64,000 nucleotides of DNA, from the NCBI RefSeq assembly GCF_009914755.1, contig NC_060935.1; one strand, given 5' to 3'. Both the position numbers and the translations under genes were made by a program. Every line of letters begins with the position of its first letter. The first letter of the stretch is position 1. This DNA comes from the human T2T-CHM13v2.0 reference genome, Homo sapiens. Positions 1 to 10,950 of this stretch are shown here, piece after piece. The notes below the pieces were generated by a model. The model was not told the origin of the DNA. It worked only from the letters and a program-made list of their open reading frames with translations, and made no database searches.

Positions 1-95
1 TGAGAGAAGTTAATAAAGAGTCCTGTGACGTTTGGTTTGGTTTTGTTTCTGTGTGAGCTTTTTACAAGTTAGGAAATTGAGACTAGAATGGTGAC

Positions 96-451
96 TGCTG
101 TGGTCTGAATGTTTGCATGACCCTCTTCAAATTCATATGTTGAAGTCCTGACCTCTAAAGTGATGGTATTAAGAGGTGGGGACTTTGGGAGATGACTAGA
201 TCAGGAGCTCTGCCTTCATGAACGGGATTAGTGTCCTTTTCAAAGGGGTCCCAGAGATCTGTCTTTTGCCTTCTGCCAAGTGAGGAGGCAGCAAGAAAAC
301 ACCATTTATAAAATGGGGCAGATTCCAGGTATGGAATCTGCCTGTGCCTTGATCTTGGGCTTCTCAGCCTCCAGAATTGTAAGAAATAAATCTTCATTGT
401 TTAGACCCAGTCAATGGATATTTGTTATAGCAGCCTGAGTGGCCTAAGCCA
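96..451 (+). mobile_element. MaLR solo LTR (MLT1A0-like) inserted into a MIR
   Basis: Starts TGCTGTGGTCTGAATGT and ends TTGTTATAGCAGCCTGAGTGGCCTAAGCCA, with internal AATAAA. Near-TSD GTGAC/ATGAC; MIR-like sequence on both sides. Confidence 0.85.
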
Positions 452-649
452 ATGACATAAGCATCCAAGGTCATGTCGTTTGTAAGGGGTAGGCTATTCC
501 AATTCACCATTTCTTTGCAAAGAAATAAAGAAATAATTGGAACACCCTTATATTTTTCTATAGAAAAGGGCTGCTATAAGCAACTTTCCAAAGAGAATCC
601 TAACTTTTTTTGCTTCCAAATGCAGAGCTCAATCATCCTCTAATATCCA

Positions 650-890
650 GATAACAACCTCCATTAATGAGCCTTTACTCTGGGACCAGTGCCCTGGGTA
701 TTTTTCACATCTTGTCTCACTGGAGCCTCTACATAACCCCCTGAGGGAGCTATTATTAACATTCCCATTACCATTTGAGAACATTAAACATAAAGAGGTG
801 AAATGCTTTTATTCCTGGGGTCACAAAGGGTTTGAATTCATCAGGATTTGAACTTGGGTCTACATTTTATTCATTGCACTATGCCCAGTC
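650..890 (-). mobile_element. MIR SINE
   Basis: Reverse MIR core (...CCCATT...GAGGTGAAATG...GGGTCACA...GGATTTGAACT). Confidence 0.7.
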
Positions 891-1384
891 AGGCTTCCTG
901 GCCTGTATCCTTTTCAGGAGGAAGCAGTGGCTGAGTTTGAGCCATTTAGTGATTTCTCTGTGGTTGAATACACATTGAAGGGACCTGCTCTGGTTTCATA
1001 GGGGTTTCAGAAGGAAGACTCATATACATTGCTTTTGATGTTCACCAGAGCAACTCCATTCTAGGCCTTAGGAAACTGTTTCTCCCAGCCACCTGGCCTA
1101 TATCTTACAACAACTAACATAGCAACAGTCTCTTGAGTCAGTTGTTTAGGGCAGCATAAAGGGCTTGGTTGGGGGCTACCCTACCCAGGGACAAGGAGGA
1201 GATGCAGAGAGTGTGGCTGAATATTATGCACCACCAAGGAGTTAGTTCCACTAAGACCCATAGGATTTTAAAGTAGAACCAGATCTGGGTCAGTCCTAGA
1301 CCCCAGCAAGGAATACCTGCAAAGTCATCGTAGTTACCTAGTCTCTTTGTGGCTGCTTGGACCAATTGGTCTGAACACCAACAT

Positions 1385-1610
1385 GGACCTAGAAACAGAA
1401 TGAGATTTTGAGTCTGTTATCCTGGATTTTGTCTCCATCTACCCACTCTGGTTAGGCGGACATCGAGATATAACTTTTTAAAGCCTCAGCTTCCTCACTT
1501 CTAACATGGAATAACAATATCTTAACAGTGTTGATATTGGGATTCAATGAAATCATATATGTGTAAATGCCTACCATAGAGACTGCTTCATACCAGCTAC
1601 TCAATACATT
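1385..1610 (+). mobile_element. MIR SINE
   Basis: GCCTCAGCTTCCTCACTTCTAACATGGAATAACAATA core and CTCAATACAT tail. Confidence 0.7.
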
Positions 1611-1708
1611 ATTTTTCTTTTCTTTGTTTTTCATGAAACTGGCTTTCTTTATATTTTTTCTCACTGTCATCCAATTCCCTTTAGGATTCAGTTGTTCTCA
1701 GTGTAGTT

Positions 1709-1709
<1 letters not shown>

Positions 1710-1756
<47 letters not shown>

Positions 1757-1759
1757 TGT
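1710..1759. repeat. (TG)n microsatellite
   Basis: About 24 TG units with one interruption. Confidence 0.97.
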
Positions 1760-3239
1760 TCTTGTTCCAGAGGATGGATCCATCTGGGGTGGGAGGTGAT
1801 CCCTGAGGAGTGAGAGGAAAACAGTGTGGGTTGTTGCAACGTGACTCTCTCTCCATTCCCATTTGCTTCTTCTCCCTTGAGTCAGGGCAGTGAACTTGAA
1901 TAAGCTTTGATGGGTTTCCTAAAGGAGGTTTGGAGAAGAGAGGGTCATAGGGTGAGAAGAAAGCAAAGGGAGTGCCTCTCTAGGTCTGAAACCCCATGCC
2001 TGCACACTCCAGTTCACATGGTGCAGGCAGTGACTCCCACCCCATCCACTCCTAGTGCATCTCTCCTCCACCAGCACCTCTCAACCCTGATTTTCTGGCA
2101 TTGGGGAGGGAAGAGATGCTGTGGTTGAACTGGGGGAATAAATGGTTTTCTTGTTTCTGAGAGGCAAAAGGCAGCCAAGGGGTCCCCTAAACATGCCTGA
2201 AGCCACTGCCAGTGGCCTCTGAAACCATGCATACCAGGGTGCCTTCTCTGGTTCCCAGCCACCTTATGGGTTATAGGCCTCCTATATACCAGTGCCAAGG
2301 CAATGTGTCTGATGCTTTGGCTTAGTTTCATTTTAGAGAAGAGCTGGAACCATAACCTGTGGAAGGAGCCTCTGCAGGCTGCTTGACCCAGGGGAGAGGA
2401 AAACTCCCCATTTTCTTTCATGATGGCAAAGGATTGATCTAGTGATTTTTTGGGCCTCTTGGTGTCCACAGGTGAAACAAAGAGGTGATTTTGCAATGCT
2501 GTTTCCAGTGAGTAAATCCTTTTCTTGTGTTTTCATTTTAAGAAGGCTTAAAAAGGCAGCAGGAAGAGAAGCCTTGCACATTTAGGATACAGACACCTTG
2601 ACACAAGGTGATGAGCTGTACTAACATTTGTTTCTGTGGAAAGGTTTGCAACCAACCAAAGAACAAGACAAATAACCATATGGCTTTTTAAGAGCAAATG
2701 ATGAGAAAATTCCTTCATTTTGCAAGGCAGGAATGAGTTTGTGCAAGTTGGACAGGGTGGCAGGAGGTGAGGAATGGAGTCAGGGAAGGACTTCTAGCAG
2801 CTAGGGAGTGTATTTCTCATCCAATGGGGCTGCATGACTTGGAGGCAGGGTAGTGAGATGTGAGTGGATGATGGATAGAAGGTGCTGCTCACTGTCCCTG
2901 AGTTAGGGGGAGAAACTGGATCAGGAGGAGGCTGCTTTTCTGCCCTGTTTTCCTTCCCCCACTGGATATGGAAGAAAGTGGATGCAGTGTTAGTGAGTCT
3001 TCCTTGGAGAACAATCTGAAAAATCTACAGATTAGGTGACTAGGAGGGACTTGATGGGCCCTAAATTCCCACTTTTGTGGTGGGCTTCAGTTAGTGTTCC
3101 TGCTCTGCTCTACAGCTAGGATATCACATTAGTAGAGGGAACCAACATTCCATGGGATTTTTAACTCTAAGATCCTGATATAGTCTTTGAAATTCCCACA
3201 GTGTAGTGAAAGAAACAGAAAATGATCAAAATCGAAGAA

Positions 3240-3620
3240 CCTGCTTGCTATGATAGAAGCATAAACAAAAAAACTCTGGGGTCCAGAAGAGAGAGCAGCT
3301 ATGTATTGAAGGATAGAAAAACTTTACAGAGGAGGTGATGTTTGATATGGGTTTTAAAGGATGAATAGGAGTTTGTCAGTCAAAGAGCATGAGAAAAGAC
3401 AGCCTAGTAGAGAGAAAGACACATAAAAAGGCACAGAGATAGGAGAAGGCATGACATGCTGGGCAATAGGGAGTGGTGAAGTGAGGGTGAGGGATGGTGG
3501 GATGGAGTGACAGGAGGCGCACCCAGAAAAGTAGTCTGTCTCCAGGGTGAAGAACTTTGGATGTCATGCCAGGAAGCTTGAACTTATATCTGTGAGGAAG
3601 GGAGAATTAGCAGAGTTTTG
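3240..3620 (-). mobile_element. L2 LINE fragment
   Basis: GAGGAGGTGATGTTTGATATGGGTTTTAAAGGATGAATAGGAG, typical of reverse L2. Confidence 0.65.
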
Positions 3621-3914
3621 ACTTTTTAAACTTTAATTTATTTATGACATGAACTATATATATATATATTTATTTTTGAAGAATTGGGTAATACAGATAA
3701 GTAAACAAAAATAATCACTTTTAACTGTACCACCTTGAAGATAACTACTGGTAACAATTTGATCTATATGTTTTCAAAATTCTATATCTATTTATCTATC
3801 ATCTATCACCTCTCAATCTATTCCTCTTTCACAAATAAGAACATTATACACACAAAAACATACACACTCACACATACATAAACACTGTATGTATATAAGC
3901 CCCCACACACATAC

Positions 3915-4224
3915 ACTCATCTCCCCATATCTGCAGGGGATTTGTTCCAGGGCCCCCAAAAGAATACTAAAATCTGAGGATGCTCAAGTCTCTTATGTAA
4001 AATGGCATAGTATTTGCATATAACCTATATACACCCTCCTGTATACTTGAAATCATCTCTAGATTACTTTTAATATCTAATAAAATATAAATGCTATGTA
4101 AATAGTTGTTGTATGGTTTTCTTTCTTTTTTTTTTTTTACTATTGTATTGTTATTTTTATTTTTTTTTCCTCAAATAGTTTCAGTATCTGGTTGGTGGAA
4201 CCTGCTAATACAGAGGCCTGACTA
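3915..4224 (+). mobile_element. MER2 (TcMar-Tigger) DNA transposon
   Basis: GGATGCTCAAGTCTCTTATGTAAAATGGCATAGTATTTGCATATAACCTA...AAATCATCTCTAGATTAC matches recalled MER2; TA flanks. Confidence 0.85.
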
Positions 4225-4818
4225 TATATCTCATTAATTATTTGGATTTTTTAAAATTTAACATTTGTTCATAGCCAATGAACATATTCCCTGGCCTCAT
4301 CCTTTTTATGGCTACATGGTACTTTAATGCATGGGTCCACCTCTGGAGTTCATTTAACCAGACTTCTGTTATTGGAAATTTGGGTGATTTTCAATTTTCT
4401 CTGTTGCAAATAATGCTGTAACAAAAATCTTTGCAAGTATGTACTTGTGTAATTTTCTGATTCTTTCCTTTGGATAAATCTATAGAAATATTATTGACAA
4501 CTTTTTGGAACTTTTAGATGTTTAAATATCCAGGATGGGTTTTAAGCAGGGTAGCAACTATAAGATTTTTATGTAGAAAGCTCACTCTGGCTGCTGGTTG
4601 TCTAGAGAGGTCAGGAAGAGAGCTGCTTCAAGGGTTGATGAGGACTTGAGAAAGAGAAATGAAAGATAAATTTAGGAGATAAAATCAACAGAAATGTTTG
4701 TAATTTGATATGTGGGATAGATTTGGATAGTGTAAATGTAAATTTTTAACAGTAAAAAAATGTTTTAAGGCAGCGATAGTCTTTACAAAATGGAGGAAGA
4801 GAAAGTTAGTGTCCAACA

Positions 4819-5105
4819 GTGTTATGGGCTTGTGTTCTCCCACCATGCCCAAATAGGATGGGCCCTAATCTAATATGGCTGATGTCCTTGTAAGAAGAGG
4901 AAATTTGGACACCGTTGGACACAGAAAGAAGACTGTTGAAGACACAGGGAGAAGAGCATCATCTACAAGCCAAGGAGAGGCCTCAGAAGAAATCAACCCT
5001 GCTGACATCTTGATCGCCCTCTAGAATTGTGAGAAAATAAATTTCTGTTGTTAAACCCCCACTTGTCTGTGATGCTTGTTATGGCAACCCTAACAAACTA
5101 ATACA
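4819..5105 (+). mobile_element. MaLR LTR (MLT1B-like), internally deleted
   Basis: TGTTATGGG start; GGGCCCTAATCTAATATGGCTGATGTCCTT; ends TTATGGCAACCCTAACAAACTAATACA. Confidence 0.8.
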
Positions 5106-5128
5106 ACTAGAAAACAGCAGGAGATAAG

Positions 5129-5131
5129 TTT

Positions 5132-5165
<34 letters not shown>

Positions 5166-5456
5166 CGTTGTTGTTGAGATGGAGTCTCCCTCTGTTGCCC
5201 AGGCTGGAGTGCAGTGGCGGGATCTCAGCTCACTGCAAGCTCTGCCACCATTCTCCTGCCTCAGCCTCCCAGGTAGCTGAGACTACAGGCACATGCTAGC
5301 ACACTTGGCTAATTTTTATTGTTGTTGTTGTATTTTTAGTAGAGACGGGGGTCTCACCATGTTGGCCAGGATGGCCTCGATCTCCTGACCTCATGATCCA
5401 CCCACCTCAGCCTCCCAAAGTGCTGGGATTACAGGCGTGAGCCACCCTGCCCAGCC
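5129..5456 (-). mobile_element. Alu (AluSc/AluY-like) with (CAA)n tail
   Basis: Reverse Alu dimer; tail reads (GTT)n on +; about 12-bp deletion in the right arm. Confidence 0.95.
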
Positions 5457-8211
5457 TTTAAAGGGTTTTTTGAATTCTCCTTCTCCATTTTCTTCTTAGC
5501 CACAAATGGGTTTGTAATATTTCGGTAGCAAAGGAGCTCAGTGGTATAATCAAACTCTGTTTACTAAAGATATAAAAATAGTACAACTAATCAAATCAAA
5601 ATGGTGTTATCAAAGGAATTCCCATCAATTTTCTAACCATTTACTGGATAACTCTCATTTGATTAAAATTTTTTTTCTTTTTTTATGAGCAATTGATCTT
5701 TGTAAATTTTCTGCGTATTCCCAGGGTTAAGTGTTTTAGCATATAATTATCCTACATTGTGTTTGTGAACTTCCAACAAGCTTCCCTCCATTCTTTGTGG
5801 ACAGTTTCAGCCTTGAGTTTGTTTACCTATGATTATTAACATATTTAAATGCAACTGCATAATTTTGATGCTTAATTTCAAGTTGATACGTTGAGATGTT
5901 TGAAGAGGAAATTAATGTAGCTGATAAAATAACTTCAATAATTTTCAGGCATTTTAAAAGAGTATGTAAGGGTACAGCAAGAGTGTTATAGAATTTTGTT
6001 CATGGAAATTACTGGAAACTTATTTGTCTCTGGCATGAGCATTGCTCCTAAAATATTCTCTAAAATGCTACCAGCTTGGAAAACCTGCCAATTCAAGATC
6101 AAATTGACACATGACATTTTCCTTGTGTGGGCTACTTTGAGGGAGTCTTGAGCTGCTTGGTCATCTGGAATACTGAAAGGCAGTCCATAGGCCTTTGCCA
6201 TTTCAGAAGAATCTGATTCAATTATCTCTCAAGGAAAAGTAATCTTTATCTAAAGCCGATGGGACAAGTACCTGGGTGATCTATGTTTCTTTTGGAAAAC
6301 TCCCATGTTCTTAGTTTAGATTAGCTAGAATCTGGAAACTGAAGAAGCATCCTCATTGAACTTCTCTCTACTCTCTCTGGGTTATGGAATGTCTATACAG
6401 GCCTGAGGCTAGGATAGTCCATGACACGCTCAGGACATCAGGATCTTACTTTAGGTCTTTTCCATCCTCTAACATTTTCTAAGTATGTTGTCTGTGCCAA
6501 GGTCTGTCCTAGGCACTGGTGATACCAAAAAAGAAAAGCCATTCTTTCCTCAAAGACCTCACAATATTACCAAGTCCTTTATCTCTAATTGTGCTTTGCA
6601 GGACATGAGAGGTGGGCAATTCTCTATAAAAAAGATGTTTCCTGTTCAAATAAATGTGAGACAATACAAGAAATGATGTATATTCTATCCCTTTCTAAAA
6701 GTCACATTGTACAACAATATACTAAGGATTCTACTGCAGACATTAAAAAAAAAAAGAAAACAACAACTTGTAGGTAAAATATCTAGAAACATCCCAAGGA
6801 GTACACTTCAGAAAACGCTGAGATTGTGGTGTGTTCCAGTCCTGGGATTTCTGCTGCCCTTGGTCCTCTTGGTAACTGTCAAAGTTACATCTCACCTGAT
6901 TTTTGCTTGCTGTTCTTGGGTACCCACTTTACACAGCATGTATTTATATAGGCCAAACCGTTTTACAAGAACCCCAAGGGCTTCTTTGAATTCTTTTCCT
7001 GTTACAGGAGATTTTATTGTTTTAAATATTGCTTACAGTAAGTGCGTCACTGGCTGGGAATCTTTGGTTAAACTGAGATTTCACAGTAATAGAATCCAAT
7101 CCAGTCTCTAGGGTTCATTGTACACATTGTTGGTTGGGTTTTCACTCAGATTTACAAGGACAATTACAGTTCTACTGGTTTAAGCTGTCCAATGAAGGTC
7201 TCCCTGAAGGCATGGACTGAGGTTCTTCTTTTGTCTGTTTGTTCACCTGCCCATGGCCAAATATCCTCCTTCCTTTATGGCACATAGAAAACTTTCCACA
7301 GTACTGTCAAGATTGAGTTGTTTCTTTCAAGTTTCAAGTCAGTAGCCCCACTTATATGAATGTGACATTAGGTACACATCGAAGTCTTAGCGTTCTCCCT
7401 CCTACCACCTTTGTCTTCAAGCTTACATGTCCTGCCTTTCTTAACCAAAGGTTAGGCTGAAGAAAGTTCAAGAAAACCTCAGACATGTCCATCTTCCCAC
7501 TTTCTCAGCCTTCACATGGCTTGGGATTGTTATTTCCTGTTGTGTTTCTTGAGTTTCAGCCCCATTCCTGCCTCTTCACCACCATTCCCTCAAATCTCTT
7601 GTGAATAGCTTGGCAAGCCACCTCTGAGCACTGCACTAATGTCAGTGAAAGAGAGTGAAGAAGAAATGAGATTTTGAAGCACTGAGAATTAATAATAATG
7701 AAAACTCGTGTGTGGATGCCAAGATTGTCTTTTCTTCTCCCCCATCGGCTCATGTTTTTGAAGCTATTTCATTCTAAAATGGCTTTGCCTTGGGGAGAAC
7801 AGATAAGAATTAGACAAGGCCAAGGTCCTTCCTGTAAATGTCACAGGAGCCCCAACTCAGTGAGCTGGTCTGTTCCATTCCAAATCAGGCAGCATTGCTC
7901 AGTTCACTAAGTTTGTGCTTAGGTCTCTTAGAGGCTCAAGGTATAATCCCATGCTATGTCATCCATTATTCATGATTCATTCAGCTATCACCTGTGGGAG
8001 AAAAACAAATGAAGACAATGTGGTTCCTTCTCTTAAAGAACTCACAGTCCAATGGTGGAAGTAGGCACCCAATCAGGTCACTGAAATACTGATATGCATG
8101 CAAAAGGTAAAGGTATGGGGAGGTGGGATGGGGGCATAAAGAACAGGTGCCTCACGCAGCCTGGGGATGGGGGGTGTTAGAGTTGACCTCTTTTTAAACT
8201 GAATCTTAAAG

Positions 8212-8427
8212 TAGGGGACAACAGAATTGTTCCACAAAGAGGCAGGTAGGAAATAGTTTAGGCTTTGGGGTCCATACAGTCACTGTCACCAATGTGCAAC
8301 ACTGCCATTGTAGCAGAAAGGTCATAGACAATAGATAAACAAATGGGTGTAGCTCTGTTCCAGTAAAACTTTATTTATGAACTCAGGCAGATGGATTTGG
8401 CCTGAGGTCATAGTTTGCCGACATTGT
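8212..8427 (-). mobile_element. MER58A (hAT-Charlie)
   Basis: TGTTCCAGTAAAACTTTATTTA...GGATTTGGCC...TAGTTTGCCGAC terminal motif. Confidence 0.8.
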
Positions 8428-8439
8428 CTTAAAGCAAAA

Positions 8440-8700
8440 TAATAACAAATAGCTAGCTATATAATGCCTACTAGATACCAAACATGGTGTAGACACAGAC
8501 ACACATATATATGCAAACACATATACTTATTTAATCCTCACAATGACCCTATGAAGTAAGTATCCTAATCTCCATTTTATAGTTGAGGAACTGAAGACAC
8601 TAACAGGTGAAGAAAATTGCCCAAAGTTGATTAGCTGTTGAGTAGTAGAGCTGGGATTCAAATTTTTAAGTTGGCCCTAGAGTCCAGACACTCAATGACT
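8440..8700 (-). mobile_element. MIR SINE
   Basis: TTATTTAATCCTCACAATGACCCTATGAAGTAAGTATC...CCATTTTATAGTTGAGGAACTGAAG. Confidence 0.8.
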
Positions 8701-10744
8701 CTTCTACATAAGGCAAGAATAAGGGAGTGGATATACTATGAAGAGGAAACAGCATAATCAAGGACCCACAGGCAAGAAACTATATGAAGAGTACACGGAG
8801 GAGTAAGTGGGAAGCAGACAGTGGCAAGAAGTGAGGTAAGAAGGGGCTGGATTGTGGGAGGCATTGAACGCCATATTGAAGAGTGAGGTCTATTAAATAC
8901 AAAAGGCAGCACCACCCCAGGGAAGAGACAACAGGTTGTTCTGAGACTTAACCCTTCTCCTTTGCATTCCTGGGAACAATACTTTGACTGTAGGGAGGCA
9001 GGAGCAAGCTCCAGGTTTCTGCAGAGGCTGGAAAAGGGGCAGGAAGGAGAGTCCTTTGGCAGATGCTGGTTTTCCTAAGGGTCAGCTCTGATTGGAGGAT
9101 GACCCAATCCAAGGAGCTCTTGCAGGGCGAGGGGCAGTCTGAGCATGGCTTCGCTGGCCTCCCTCTTAGGTTGCCAGCCTGTTTGGCTTGGCAGAGGTGG
9201 AGTAGCACAGTTAGCTCATCAGGCCAAAATTTCTCTGCCAGACGTGAAGTTTAATAGTCATCAGAGCCCCATAGCTGGGGAGAGTTTATAAATTCTCATA
9301 CTTATACACAAGCCACAAGACTGTTTATTGAGGGGTTTTTTTTTTTTAATTAAAGCTCCAGTTCAAGCCCCACCCACACCATTACCTTACTGAGTGAGTT
9401 ATTTCTCTCTCCATCTTTTTAATGGGCCACAGTCACCCTGGTCTCTTGCCTCAGGCATAAGGGAGAGCTCTGCTGGAAATAAAAGTGTCTAGCTTGGAAG
9501 GAAGCAGCCAGCTGCAGGCCAGGCTGGGCCAGTAATTGGCTGAGATGATACTGGAGGCTCGGCTAACAGGCCCAAATTGGTCCCTAATCAAGTCCAACCT
9601 GAGAGCTGCTCACTTCCCTGGGCTGCCAATTTTCTTCTTGCTGTTGGGCAGGATTCCGGCTGCCTGTACAAATGGCGCTACAATGGTTAAGGGCAGGAAC
9701 ACAAACCCTCTTCAGAATCCATTAGAACATGTCACCTGCTTTGTCCTGGAAGAGACTCGGCTTCATTCATCTCTTGGCTTCCTGGTGCCAAGTCCTCAGC
9801 CCAGCTTCGAGGAAGTCTGGAGAGGCTGGAGGTCTAGTTCAAGCCAGCACTGCTGGCCATAGTAATAATTACCTCATCTCCTCTTGCACTTGATGTATTT
9901 CAGAGCACTTGTCATATACATGGACTTGAAGACAACTCTGTGCAGGGGCCCAGCAGGCATTATAATTCCCCATTTTGCAGATGAAAGAAAATCCCCATTG
10001 TATAGATTTGAGAGGAATCTGTATTTGGCGGAAGAAGAAACAAAATCTGAGAAGTCAAGCAAGCTTCCCAAGGTCCCACAGCATCTGGTCCAGCCTGGAG
10101 CTGAAACTAAACTCCAAATCTCGTGGCTACTAGCCTGGGCTCTTTGTCTTTCATTTTTCTTCCATGAGAGCCAGCAGAATTGTGAATTTCTGGGCAGGTG
10201 TACTCAGGTTAAGTGGCCTTGGGCCTGGCTTAGCCTGGGGCCCGTGGATGCAATAGAGAGATGTGTTCCTGGGACAGGTGGTGGCCCGTGGGGAGGAAAT
10301 GTCACCAGAGGTTAGGGCATATGGGTGTAGAGAGTAGACGGGTGGACACCGTTGCCAGGCAACTAATTCCACACTGCCCCAGTTACCTAGGTGATGGTGG
10401 AGTGAAGAGGATCTGGATAATACTGAGTAGGGATGAATTCCAGGTCCTTCACTGTATCCAGGCTTGGCGTAAAGATTTCTCTTTTTCTGCTGATTTTCTT
10501 CCCCTAGTTATCTGGTCCTCATAGTGGCACTAGGATGCCTCTTCCTTTTAGTTATTGCCTCCTTTACCCCAGCAATGAATTTGTTCATAGATTTTTTTTT
10601 TCCCCTCAGCTTACTTCAGTGTCTGCCTTAAATTGTGAGCATTGGAGGATAAGACCCAAGCATTAAATACAGTTAATGAACATTTACTGATTTCCTAGTA
10701 AGGGGAAACCTATCTTCATATTCATTAACTCATGTAATCTGGGG

Positions 10745-10950
10745 GATGGCCTGGCTCTGGCTGTCTTGTGCGAGCCAATTGTTTACGTCTCTTCCCAATC
10801 TGTCATTCAGTGACACCATGTTGGTAACTTGAAGCCAGCCTCACTGAGTGTATTTATACCATGAAAACCCACAAACACTAAAACCAGGTATTTTATTTGT
10901 TGTTGTTGCCTGCAAATCTGGTTGTTAAATATTTATCAGCACACAACTGT
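10745..10950 (+). mobile_element. MER63A-like (hAT-Blackjack)
   Basis: GTCTCTTCCCAA...TTCAGTGACACCATGTTGGTAACTTGAA...GGTTGTTAAATATTTATCAGCACACAACTG. Confidence 0.75.

Noticed and set aside
2014-2496. 160-aa - strand ORF
   Set aside because: Non-ATG start, no recognisable domain or exon context; compatible with chance.
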